Assembly: GCA_963837955.1 (NCBI GenBank) | Contig: CAWIPH010000002.1 | Location: forward strand, 1,056,001 to 1,120,000 | DNA from: an uncultured Verrucomicrobiae bacterium | GTDB taxonomy: Bacteria; Verrucomicrobiota; Verrucomicrobiia; Chthoniobacterales; JAFAMB01 | DNA length: 64,000 nt | Direction: 5' to 3' | Shown: one piece after another, positions 29,763 to 38,846 of the stretch | Position numbering within the stretch: position 1 is the stretch's first letter | Layout of the letters: each line of letters begins with the position of its first letter | Position numbers and translations under genes: made by a program | Notes under the pieces: model-generated | Seen by the model: the letters and a program-made list of their open reading frames with translations, nothing else | Databases searched by the model: none | What the model was told of the DNA's origin: nothing

Positions 29763-31535
29763 ATGGCAACGGCTAAACGAAGCTTGTTGCATGACGCATG
29801 GCGCATCGCAAAACCCTACTGGGGATCCGAAGAGAAGTGGTCGGCCTGGGGTCTTCTGGTAGCCATTATCGCGCTCAATCTTGGTACCGTTTGTACCAGC
29901 GTGGGCATCAACGCTTGGAACAGATCCTTTTACAACGCGCTCCAAGCTTTCAATCGCGCTGAACTTTTTCGGCAACTCGGTATTTTTTGCGTCTTGGGCG
30001 GTCTTGGTATCACGATGTCAGTTTACGCCCTCTACTTTAATCAGATGTTGCAGATACGTTGGCGCCGCTGGCTGACGCAAAGATATCTCAGCTCCTGGCT
30101 GGCCAACCGCTCCTATTATCACTTGCAGTTGAAGGGAGCAATCGACAACCCCGACCAACGCATCGCGGAAGACGTCAACCAATTTACCACATACGTTTTG
30201 ACCTTGTCGGCCGGACTCCTCACGTCGCTGGCCACTCTATTCTCTTTTCTCGTCATTCTTTGGGGGCTTTCCGGGCCGGCGGAAATTCCGCTCGGAAAAT
30301 TGGGCTCTATCTACGTGCCTGGTTATCTCGTCTGGGCGGCTTTGCTCTATGCCGGTATCGGTACTTGGCTCACCGTGAAGATTGGGCGGCCCTTAGTTTC
30401 TTTGAATTTCGCTGGGCAACGGTTCGAAGGCGACTTCCGGTTCAGTCTGGCTCGGCTGCGCGAAAACACGGAAAGTGTGGCCTCTTACGGAGGGGAGCCG
30501 GTCGAGCTTGGTATTTTCCAAGAGCGTTTCCAAAGCGTATACCAGAACTTTCGGCGGATCATGAGTCGGCAAATGCGTCTCAGTTGGTTTACGCAGGGCT
30601 ATGCCCAAGTGGCGGTGATCTTTCCGTTGCTGGTAGTTTTACCCCGTTATTTCGTGAAGCAGATCGGGTGGGGTGGCCTCATGCAGGTGGCGAGCGCTTT
30701 TTCCTACGTGTATAATTCGCTCTCCTTCATCATCACCAGGTACGCCGAAATCGCGGCGTGGCAGGCGGCAACCGAACGTCTTAGCAGATTCCAGGAGCGA
30801 TTGTTTGAGGTCGAAGAATCAGCCGGTGCGCCGCAGCAGATCGCCATTCGACGTAAGGGTGCAGCCGTTGCCGTCGACGATCTGGATCTTGACCTTCCGG
30901 ACGGCACGCCGCTCCTGCGCGGAGTCACTTTCGTACCGGGTCGCGGCGAGGCAGTTTTGATCACCGGTCCGACTGGGACGGGCAAGAGCACTTTGCTGAG
31001 AGCGATCGCTGGGATCTGGCCGTTTGGCCGTGGTGAAATCAGGGTTGGCGAAGGACCGACACTCTTTGTGCCGCAGCGCCCCTACCTCCCGCTTGGCACT
31101 CTGGCCAGCGCGCTTTTGTACCCGCAGCTCGATGGAAATAGCTTTCCGCCGGGGCGACTCACTGCTGTGCTTAAAGAGGTCGGACTCGATGGACTTGTCG
31201 GTGAGCTGGATAACGTCGAAAACTGGGGTCAACGGCTATCACTCGGCGAACAGCAGCGACTCGCCTTCGCTCGGATTCTTCTGACCCGGCCAACTCTTCT
31301 CTTCCTTGATGAAGCGACTTCGGGGCTAGACGAGCCCTGGGAGGCGCGGCTTTACAGTATGCTCCGCGCCGGCTCGTGGCAGCCTACCGTTGTAAGTGTG
31401 GGTCACAGGAGTACCCTCCTCAAGTTCCACGACGACGTCCTGGACCTTACGGCCTTCATCCCGCTGCGAGAGAAGGTGGTGCTGCCCCTGCCCACGCAGC
31501 TTCGCGAGCCCGCAGCGATCACCGGCTCATTGTAG
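29763..31535 (+). CDS. YddA/BacA(Rv1819c)-type fused ABC transporter, paralog 2
   Basis: DNPDQRIAED, GPTGTGKS, LSLGEQQRL, LDEATS, VGHRS; colinear with 26419..28149. Confidence 0.9.
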   Translation: MATAKRSLLHDAWRIAKPYWGSEEKWSAWGLLVAIIALNLGTVCTSVGINAWNRSFYNALQAFNRAELFRQLGIFCVLGGLGITMSVYALYFNQMLQIRWRRWLTQRYLSSWLANRSYYHLQLKGAIDNPDQRIAEDVNQFTTYVLTLSAGLLTSLATLFSFLVILWGLSGPAEIPLGKLGSIYVPGYLVWAALLYAGIGTWLTVKIGRPLVSLNFAGQRFEGDFRFSLARLRENTESVASYGGEPVELGIFQERFQSVYQNFRRIMSRQMRLSWFTQGYAQVAVIFPLLVVLPRYFVKQIGWGGLMQVASAFSYVYNSLSFIITRYAEIAAWQAATERLSRFQERLFEVEESAGAPQQIAIRRKGAAVAVDDLDLDLPDGTPLLRGVTFVPGRGEAVLITGPTGTGKSTLLRAIAGIWPFGRGEIRVGEGPTLFVPQRPYLPLGTLASALLYPQLDGNSFPPGRLTAVLKEVGLDGLVGELDNVENWGQRLSLGEQQRLAFARILLTRPTLLFLDEATSGLDEPWEARLYSMLRAGSWQPTVVSVGHRSTLLKFHDDVLDLTAFIPLREKVVLPLPTQLREPAAITGSL

Positions 31536-31587
31536 AATCGTCGGGCCGTGCGGTGCCGAACTGATCATCTGACAAGAGGAGGTCGAG

Positions 31588-31797
31588 GTGAGGAAAACCA
31601 ATATCGAGAAAGCGGGCGGTGAGCTGGGCCAGGTGGAAGCAAAAAATCCGGTATGTGGCATGGTGGTGGATGCGAGCGAGCCGAAGTAGATTTCTGAGTA
31701 TCGCGGCGAGACGTACTACTTCTGTTGTGCCGGCTGCAAACGTGCATTCGATAAGCAACCAAAAGCCTACTCGAGTTCCTCGGTCTCGGACTTGTGA
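31588..31797 (+). pseudogene. YHS-domain protein with in-frame TAG
   Basis: Frame +1 reads KNPVCGMVVDASEPK*ISEYRGETYYFCCAGCKRAFDKQP; TAG at 31687-31689; AGGAGG before GTG 31588. Confidence 0.75.
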
Positions 31798-31921
31798 GAT
31801 AATCGGGCCAGTGGTTCGGTACAGCGAGTCGTCGCCGTGAAATGGATATCGATAAAGCGGATCAAGTGTTAAGCGCGTGCACGATGCCAGCAGCAAATAC
31901 TGCAGAATCAGAGACCGGATA

Positions 31922-32536
31922 ATGCTCTCCGCCATCATTCTTGCCGCTGGAATGTCCACTCGGATGGGGCAAAACAAGCTGCTCCTGAAATTTAAGGGCA
32001 AACCCCTGATCGCACATGCAGTGGATACGCTGCTGGCATCTGAGGTTGATGAGGTCGTCGTAGTTCTAGGACATCAGGCCGAGGAGGTACGAAATCAACT
32101 CCAGGGGAGGCGGGTCAGGCTAGTTCAGAATCCCGACTACCGCGAAGGTTTAAGTACCTCCGTTCGCATCGGGGTGAGGGCGGTGTCTCCTCAGGCAGAG
32201 GGCATCATGATTTACTTAGCCGATCAGCCCCTCCTTCAGCCCGCCGATGTCAACTGCTTAACCAGGGCATTTGCTCAGGCGAAGCAGGTTAACAAAAGCA
32301 TTGTCGTTCCTCTTTTCCATGGACAAAGAGGCAACCCGGTAATCCTGAACGCCTCCTACCGGGAGACGATACTCGAAGTGATTGGAGATGTAGGCTGCAA
32401 GAGCATAATCAAGCGCTATCCTGACAAAGTTTTCGCAGTTGAGATGGAAACCGATCACGTCGTGCGCGACGTGGATAATATAGATGATTACGAAGAGGTC
32501 GTAAGTTCCTCCTCGCGCGGTCATAAGGGTACCTGA
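31922..32536 (+). CDS. mocA: Molybdenum cofactor cytidylyltransferase (MocA-like NTP transferase)
   Basis: IILAAGMSTRMGQNKLLL, NPDYREGLSTS, LADQP, GNPV, GDVG and DVD motifs. Confidence 0.8.
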   Translation: MLSAIILAAGMSTRMGQNKLLLKFKGKPLIAHAVDTLLASEVDEVVVVLGHQAEEVRNQLQGRRVRLVQNPDYREGLSTSVRIGVRAVSPQAEGIMIYLADQPLLQPADVNCLTRAFAQAKQVNKSIVVPLFHGQRGNPVILNASYRETILEVIGDVGCKSIIKRYPDKVFAVEMETDHVVRDVDNIDDYEEVVSSSSRGHKGT

Positions 32537-32545
32537 CTTAAATAA

Positions 32546-33664
32546 ATGAAAGCGGCGATCTTGCATCAAATGGGACTTCCTCGCCCGTACGCGAAATCAA
32601 AACCATTAACGGTGGAGGAGGTTAGTCTCGATCCACCGGGACCCGGAGAATTGCTGATAAAGATCAAAGCGACCGGCCTATGTCACTCCGATCTTTCGGT
32701 CGTCAACGGAGACCGGCCAAGACCTACGCCGATGGTCTTGGGCCACGAGTCCGCCGGCGAAGTCCAGGAATGCGGCTTTGGCGTCGACGATCTGAAACCG
32801 GGTGATCAGGTGGTCTTGGCCTTCATACCTTCGTGTGGCAGTTGTATTCCGTGCATGGAAGGTCGTCCGGCTCTATGCGAGCCGGGTGCTCGCGCTAACG
32901 TAGCGGGAACATTGCTTTCTGGAACCAGGCGTCTTCACCAGGGCGAAACCGCTGTGCATCACCATATCGGTGTATCCGGATATGCAGAATATGCAGTCGT
33001 ATCTCGCCGCTCAGCGATCAAGGTGGACTCTTCCTTGCCTGCGCACGAAGCGGCGCTTTTTGGTTGTGCGGTTCTCACCGGCGTCGGAGCCGTGGTAAAT
33101 ACGGCGAAAGTGCCGGCGGGTAGTTCCGTTGCGATAGTCGGTCTCGGGGGAGTCGGGCTGAGCATGCTATTGGGTGCGAATCTCGCCGGAGCGGCCGAAA
33201 TCGTCGCTGTTGATACGAAGCCGGACAAACTCGAGGTGGCGACACGTTTGGGAGCAACCAAGACCGTAAAGGCCGGACCAGACGCGGCCCAGGAGATTCG
33301 CGACCTGACCAAAGGCGGGGTTGACTTTGCTTTCGAAGGAGCGAGTTCGGTTGCCGCCCTGCAACTGGCTTACGAAATAACCAAGCGTGGAGGCACAACG
33401 GTTACCGCCAGTCTCCCTCATCCTGATCATCGGTTATCCATTCCCGTCGTACAGCTGACCGCGGAGGAGCGAACTCTGAAAGGTTCCTACTTCGGTTCCT
33501 GTGTTCCAGCTCGAGATATACCTCGATTTATCAGTCTGTACCAGCGAGGCAAACTCCCGGTTAACAAACTTCTCAGTGAGATCGTTCAACTTGAAGAGCT
33601 GAACGAAGCATTCGATCGCTTGGCAGACGCTAAATCGATCCGCCAGGTCATGACGATTGGTTGA
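32546..33664 (+). CDS. Zinc-dependent alcohol dehydrogenase (class III-like)
   Basis: CHSD, GHE, CGSCIPC...C and GLGGVG motifs. Confidence 0.93.
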   Translation: MKAAILHQMGLPRPYAKSKPLTVEEVSLDPPGPGELLIKIKATGLCHSDLSVVNGDRPRPTPMVLGHESAGEVQECGFGVDDLKPGDQVVLAFIPSCGSCIPCMEGRPALCEPGARANVAGTLLSGTRRLHQGETAVHHHIGVSGYAEYAVVSRRSAIKVDSSLPAHEAALFGCAVLTGVGAVVNTAKVPAGSSVAIVGLGGVGLSMLLGANLAGAAEIVAVDTKPDKLEVATRLGATKTVKAGPDAAQEIRDLTKGGVDFAFEGASSVAALQLAYEITKRGGTTVTASLPHPDHRLSIPVVQLTAEERTLKGSYFGSCVPARDIPRFISLYQRGKLPVNKLLSEIVQLEELNEAFDRLADAKSIRQVMTIG

Positions 33665-33780
33665 GCCCGAAGCTCGGAGAGCAACCCTTCGATGAAATAG
33701 CGCTGGCCGACCTGGCTCCCGTGTATTGCCATCCGAGCAGGGACCGTCTGCCCTCTCACCAATCACTTTCGACGCTCCCG

Positions 33781-33847
33781 ACGCTCTCCGACTTCGCTCC
33801 GTCGTCTGAAACTCCGTCAGGCTTCGTCGGACAAGCCGGCGCTCCCA
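33781..33847. repeat. REP family B with micro-element (33787-33832)
   Basis: Reverse complement of 14622-14687. Confidence 0.88.
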
Positions 33848-33852
33848 GTGCT

Positions 33853-34015
33853 CTCGGCGTTCCCGGGGTTCCCGGCGTTCCCGGCGGTTCCCGGCGTTCC
33901 CGGCGTTCCCGGCGTTCCCGGCGTTCCCGGCGTTCCCGGCGTTCCCGGCGTTCCCGGCGTTCCCGGCGTTCCCGGCGTTCCCGGCGTTCCCGGCGTTCCC
34001 GGCGTTCCCGGCGTT
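33853..34015. repeat. 9-bp VNTR (CCCGGCGTT)n, about 18 units
   Basis: 14 perfect units at 33890-34015, preceded by 4 mostly variant units. Confidence 0.97.
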
Positions 34016-34052
34016 CCCCCCGGCTTGGCACAGCCCATGCTCGATACGAGGC

Positions 34053-35348
34053 ATGGCGATCGAGGCTCCCCCACTACCCCGTCAACAGCTCCAAACGAAC
34101 CGCTGGCTGCAACTCCTGTTCGGCTTGGTCTGCATGATGGCTATTTCTAGTCCGCAATACGTGTGGACTTTATTCACCGGACCGTTCACCAGCCATCTAG
34201 GTGCAACGCTGGCGCAGATACAGGTGACGTTTTCAATTCTCGTCGTGCTGCAAACATTCTTGTCACCCTTCCAAGGGTATCTGGTCGACGTGTTCGGACC
34301 GAGAATCCTGCTTTCCATCGGGGCGATACTTTCGGCTGCCAGCTGGGTATTGGCCGCATCGGTTAAGAGTACGCTCGGCCTGTATCTTACTTACGGGCTG
34401 CTCGGCGGAATCGGGACAGGCATCATTTATGTTGGGGTGGTTGGTCTAATGGTGCGCTGGTTTCCCGATAAGCGAGGATTTGCCTGCGGCATTGTTGCCG
34501 CCGGTTACGGAATGGGCGCCATCCTCACCACGTTCCCGATCTCGGCTAGCCTGGCCGCGGTTGGTCCTCAAACCACCCTGGTCACCTTCGGTTTAATCTT
34601 TGGCGCAATAGGGGTTCTGGCAGCTCAGGGAATGAAGCGTCCGCCAACACAATCTAAATCCGGCGATACGGGCTCAGTCCAAATGAGAACCGGCGCATCG
34701 CCGATTGTCATGCTGAGTTCGCCCATCTTCTGGGTGCTTTTTCTGATGATGTCGATGATGTCGACATCTGGCTTAATGGTCATTTCACAAATGGCCGCGT
34801 TCGCCAAGGATTTTGGAGTTGCTAACGCCATTGTTTTTGGCACGGCTGCTTTACCGCTGGCTCTCACCATCGATCGTTTTACTAACGGATTGACGCGTCC
34901 GTTCTTCGGTTGGTTATCGGACCGAATCGGCCGCGAGCAAACCATGTTCTTAGCCTTCGGTTTGGAAGGTTTGGCCATGTTGATCTGGCTGACCACCCGA
35001 GAAAATGCGCTGCTTTTTGTACTTCTCTCTGGCGTAGTGTTTTTTGGTTGGGGCGAAATCTTTTCTCTATTTCCTTCGACCCTGACGGACACCTTCGGCG
35101 AACTTCACGCTACCACCAATTACGGTTTTCTTTATATGGCCCAGGGCGTTGGCTCGGTAATCGGTGGACCTCTCGCTGCCTGGCTTCACGAAGTCACCGG
35201 TAACTGGATCATTGTGTTTAGCGTCATGATCCTAGTGGATTTTCTGGCGGCGATCATGGCAATCGGCGCGTTGAAACCGCTCAGAAAGAGTAGGGGACAA
35301 GCGTATACCCAGCCGGTGAGTACGGACAAAGCACCGCTGCCAGTCTAG
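34053..35348 (+). CDS. oxlT: Oxalate/formate antiporter (OFA) family MFS transporter
   Basis: [36 protein letters not shown] and GEIFSLFP motifs. Confidence 0.85.
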   Translation: MAIEAPPLPRQQLQTNRWLQLLFGLVCMMAISSPQYVWTLFTGPFTSHLGATLAQIQVTFSILVVLQTFLSPFQGYLVDVFGPRILLSIGAILSAASWVLAASVKSTLGLYLTYGLLGGIGTGIIYVGVVGLMVRWFPDKRGFACGIVAAGYGMGAILTTFPISASLAAVGPQTTLVTFGLIFGAIGVLAAQGMKRPPTQSKSGDTGSVQMRTGASPIVMLSSPIFWVLFLMMSMMSTSGLMVISQMAAFAKDFGVANAIVFGTAALPLALTIDRFTNGLTRPFFGWLSDRIGREQTMFLAFGLEGLAMLIWLTTRENALLFVLLSGVVFFGWGEIFSLFPSTLTDTFGELHATTNYGFLYMAQGVGSVIGGPLAAWLHEVTGNWIIVFSVMILVDFLAAIMAIGALKPLRKSRGQAYTQPVSTDKAPLPV

Positions 35349-35475
35349 ATCACAAGGCGCATCCATTTTACGGATCGCGGGGACGCGATCCGTTCCCGCG
35401 TGGGGCGTCGAACGCGACCGTTGCTCTGATGAGATTTGGATCGTATTCATAGTTTCCGGGTTCCGGATCTTTCCA

Positions 35476-36189
35476 ATGACTCTTTGGAGATCGTTACTTC
35501 TTATCTATCCCACAATTGATGTGCGGCTTCGGCTGCGGCCGTTTCACTCAACCCGATTCGAGTACGCTCTGTCGGATCAAGAAGTCCGGGATGCAATTGA
35601 ATCATTCCAACAGTTTCCAGCGCTCGTCGAAGATCTCGCTTCTGGTCGGGTTGGGATCCGGTATCAGATCGAGCCGATTGAGAGAAGTCTGACTTCTTTG
35701 ACTCTGATGGGGAAAGATATGTATTGGCCATCACCAGATGATACCCGGGAGGAGATTGATCAGCTTGCTTCGCCGGGAATCTATGACTCGTTATTCATTC
35801 TTTGGCCCCAGCACAGCCTGAAAGACGATACATCCGTTCCATCTGGGGGATGGGGACTTGCTATCGGTGCTTCCCGCTGGTCGAATCAGGCGACGTATGC
35901 AGCCGTGGCCAATGCTGAATCTTGGAAGTGGCGCGTTCCAGTTCCCGGCGAAGTATGGCTGCATGAGTGGTTGCACGGAGTTTGTGCGTTCTTTGCAGCG
36001 AGAGGCTACTCGATGCCGGACGGAGACGCAGATGGCGGTGCGAGACACGGATACACTCAATCGCCTGCTTCCGGTTGGACGGATTATTATCGTGACCTAA
36101 TGACCGGTAAGGTTCATTGCCAGGGAAGACAGACCGGTATACCTCTGGATGCTTGGCAACACAGGCCGGAACACACGCAGAGTGCTTGA
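35476..36189 (+). CDS. Hypothetical protein with HExxH zincin motif
   Basis: EVWLHEWLHG motif; 237 aa ORF. Confidence 0.65.
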   Translation: MTLWRSLLLIYPTIDVRLRLRPFHSTRFEYALSDQEVRDAIESFQQFPALVEDLASGRVGIRYQIEPIERSLTSLTLMGKDMYWPSPDDTREEIDQLASPGIYDSLFILWPQHSLKDDTSVPSGGWGLAIGASRWSNQATYAAVANAESWKWRVPVPGEVWLHEWLHGVCAFFAARGYSMPDGDADGGARHGYTQSPASGWTDYYRDLMTGKVHCQGRQTGIPLDAWQHRPEHTQSA

Positions 36190-36344
36190 TTTTCGTAGCG
36201 CGCCGGCACCCCTAATCGTCCTCATCTCAGCTGAGCTCGTCGAGTCGGGAGCGTTCGACCGGCTTTCTTCGGACAGAAATGGGCGCCAAATGCGTCGCAT
36301 GCGTGCGAGCCTGCTCGGCATTTCGAGCCGATGACGAAAGCCTT

Positions 36345-36376
36345 CCCGCAGACGCGAGATCTCGCGTCCGCAGGGT
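36345..36376. terminator. GC-rich hairpin between convergent genes, possible terminator
   Basis: GACGCGAG-AT-CTCGCGTC core stem; no clear U-tract. Confidence 0.35.
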
Positions 36377-36391
36377 TAGACCAGGATTGGG

Positions 36392-36814
36392 TTAGTGTTT
36401 CTTCGGAGTTGCGGTGGGTGCAGGGGCGTGCTCGAAGAGTTCCTTCTTAGATGTCTTCCATTTGGCCTGCTGCTCCGGCGTTAACACGGCATTAATGTCG
36501 TCATTGTACTGCTTGCGCAGCGCGTTCCGCTTTGAGTTCTTTTCCTCTTTGGTAGCCTTGGTGTCGTTCTTGTTAGCGAGGATGTCCGAGACGTATTTCT
36601 CGACGATTGGCTTAACCTTCTTCTCTTGAGCGGGCGTTAGGTTGACTTCCTTTTTAAGGTTTGCTAACCGCTCGGTCGCAGTTTCCGGCGTTTTGGGAAC
36701 TGCCGTAGCCGAGGGAGGAGGAGGTGGGGTGCCTTTTTCGGCAGCGTAGGATGTAGCTACCGTGGCTGCCAGTATTAACACTGGGACAACACGGAGCAAG
36801 GGTAGGGATTTCAT
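36392..36814 (-). CDS. Secreted Spy/CpxP-like (LTxxQ) helical protein
   Basis: Signal peptide; LTPAQ and LTPEQ motifs. Confidence 0.75.
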   Translation of the reverse strand: MKSLPLLRVVPVLILAATVATSYAAEKGTPPPPPSATAVPKTPETATERLANLKKEVNLTPAQEKKVKPIVEKYVSDILANKNDTKATKEEKNSKRNALRKQYNDDINAVLTPEQQAKWKTSKKELFEHAPAPTATPKKH

Positions 36815-36848
36815 ACAATTGTTCTAACCCATCTCGTCACAGGAAGTT

Positions 36849-37131
36849 GCGGCCACCACTGCGCGGCGATGACAAATAGCAGGACCGTTACGCGGTAATG
36901 ACAAATAGCAAATAGCGGCCACCACTTCGTGGTGATAGCAGATAGCAGATAGCAGATAGCAGATAGCAAACAGCAAAGACGAGGACAGGGTTCGATCAGG
37001 CTACAACCGCCCGATTTGATCGGTCCGAGCAGGCAACTGCGTCCAGGCGACCCATCGAGAGTGAATGTCCAAAAGCCAATCTGCTATCTGCTATTTGCTA
37101 TTTGCTATTTGCCATCACCGCGTAGCGGTCC
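36849..37131. repeat. Inverted-repeat element with ATAGCA(A/G) heptamer arrays
   Basis: GGACCGTTACGCGGTAATGACAAATAGCAAATAGC (from 36882) pairs with the arm ending ...CATCACCGCGTAGCGGTCC (37131); internal GGCCACCACT repeats. Confidence 0.88.
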
Positions 37132-37142
37132 AGGATGGTCAA

Positions 37143-37820
37143 GTGATCAGGCCAGCGGTTCCCGACGATGCTCCCAAAGCAGTTCCTCTCATATTAGAAG
37201 CGATCGGATCGATAGCGTTTGTTTTGACGGCGACGACCGATCGTAAGGAGGCCGGTTTCATCCTCGATCAGTTCTTTCGGCAGGAGGGCAATCGAGTCAG
37301 TTATCAGAACGTGCTCGTCCTCGAAGATCAGGTAGACAGCTCCGAGCAAGGTAGAGAGGGCTCCCTCGAGCGAAGTCGAGAAGCCGGCTTCGAGCGAAGC
37401 CGAGACGATATCGTTGAGCAAAGTCGAGAGGGCATCCTCGAGCGAAGCCGAGAGGTTGTCGGTGTCGCACTCATCTATGATGGTTTGCGAGCCAGGTTTT
37501 TGGACTTGCCGCTCGAGAAAGCGGCCAGGGAGAAATCCGGCCTTTCCGAGTATTGTATTCCCACGGAGGCGGAAACCTCAGAATTTTATCTAGATACGGT
37601 TAGTGTTCATGCCAAGTGCCAGGGACGAGGATTCGGACGGAATTTGATCGAAACATCCTGTGAGCACGCTCGTGAGTTTGGACATGATCGGATCGGACTC
37701 CTGGTCGACGTAGGGAACTTGGGTGCGAAACGGCTATACGAACGGCTGGGGTTCCAGGTCGAAGGCGAAAAGGAGATCGCGGGAGACGAGTACTTTCACA
37801 TGGTGCGGAAGTTGCCTTAG
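37143..37820 (+). CDS. GNAT family N-acetyltransferase carrying five 8-aa repeats
   Basis: FYLDTVSV...QGRGFG...NLGAKRLYERLGF; GTG start at 37143; 24-bp repeats at 37341-37460. Confidence 0.88.
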   Translation: MIRPAVPDDAPKAVPLILEAIGSIAFVLTATTDRKEAGFILDQFFRQEGNRVSYQNVLVLEDQVDSSEQGREGSLERSREAGFERSRDDIVEQSREGILERSREVVGVALIYDGLRARFLDLPLEKAAREKSGLSEYCIPTEAETSEFYLDTVSVHAKCQGRGFGRNLIETSCEHAREFGHDRIGLLVDVGNLGAKRLYERLGFQVEGEKEIAGDEYFHMVRKLP

Positions 37821-37904
37821 TACGGCAGGATTCAGCAGTTCATCGTTTGCTTGATTTACAACCACCAACATCAATGTGGCATCATCGGAGAGCCTACATC
37901 CCAG

Positions 37905-38846
37905 CTACTTGGTGCTGACGGGCTTTACTTTTTGTGACGATTGGACTCCTCCTGGCCTTCGGAGCCGCGGTCGTTGGTCCCGCACAAATTTGGTGAATTC
38001 GATAACGCAAAGACTCGATTTCTTTTGCCGGGACGTGGCGAGAGCAAGCATGCGCCGGGGCCGGATACCGGTGAGCGAACGGTAGACAATTCCATTGCTC
38101 GGCGCGTCGTGCAGGGCCATTTCCGGGATGAGCGAGATCCCTAGTCCGGCCTGCACCATGGCTAGAACTGTTCCGATCTGCGCACTCCGACAACTGATCT
38201 CGGGCCGGAATCCCTTGCTTTCACAAAACTGTTGGGCCTGAGCGCCGAGGCAATGTCCATCCTGCATAAGAATAAATTTTTCCTGCCGCAAATCGCCGGC
38301 GATCACCGTTTTTTGATGAACCAACGGATGCAAAGCAGGTAGACACAAAAAAAGTTCTTCGCTAAAGAGCTTCTGTATCTCAATTCGGGGGTTAGCGGAG
38401 GCCTCGCTAATCAGTGCAAGATCGAGTTCCTTTTCTTCCAAGCCCCGCAAGAGCTGCTGCGTCGTCTCCTCATGGAGAATCAGTTCGACACCAGGGAATT
38501 TTTCTCGGAATGAGCGAATGATATTAGGCAAAAAATAAGGGGCGATAGTCGGCAGCGCACCGAGAAGGATTTTTCCTCGGACTTTGCCGCCCATTTCGCG
38601 GATTTCCTGGCGTCCTTGCTCTGCGGCTTCCAGGATGTTCAGCGCGTGAGGCAGAAACAGCGAGCCGGCCGGAGTTAGAATAGCCTGGCGCTGAGTTCTC
38701 TCGAAAAGTCGTTCACCGACCTCGTCCTCCAGCTTCAGGATCTGCTGACTGAGGGATGGCTGCGCTACGCGGCATTCTCGGGCGGCACGGCTGAAGTTAC
38801 CTGTCCGCGCGACAGCAGCAAAATAGCGGAGCTGATGCATCTCCAT
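37905..38846 (-). CDS. oxyR: OxyR-type LysR regulator (H2O2 sensor)
   Basis: LysR HTH; GHCLGAQAQQFC two-Cys motif; divergent from catalase. Confidence 0.85.
   Translation of the reverse strand: MEMHQLRYFAAVARTGNFSRAARECRVAQPSLSQQILKLEDEVGERLFERTQRQAILTPAGSLFLPHALNILEAAEQGRQEIREMGGKVRGKILLGALPTIAPYFLPNIIRSFREKFPGVELILHEETTQQLLRGLEEKELDLALISEASANPRIEIQKLFSEELFLCLPALHPLVHQKTVIAGDLRQEKFILMQDGHCLGAQAQQFCESKGFRPEISCRSAQIGTVLAMVQAGLGISLIPEMALHDAPSNGIVYRSLTGIRPRRMLALATSRQKKSSLCVIEFTKFVRDQRPRLRRPGGVQSSQKVKPVSTK

Noticed and set aside
31687..31689. Pyrrolysine or amber recoding of the YHS TAG
   Set aside because: No pyl genes seen, and TAG is used as a normal stop elsewhere in the window; a point mutation is simpler
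33853..34015. Possible CRISPR array
   Set aside because: Contiguous 9-bp units with no spacers, and no cas genes
33434..34150. Collagen-like, poly-RE/RS or GNA-repeat ORFs in several frames
   Set aside because: All are translations of the stop-free 9-bp VNTR; there is no independent coding evidence
37341..37460. Possible mini-CRISPR (24-bp units)
   Set aside because: Degenerate units with no spacers, in frame inside a gene
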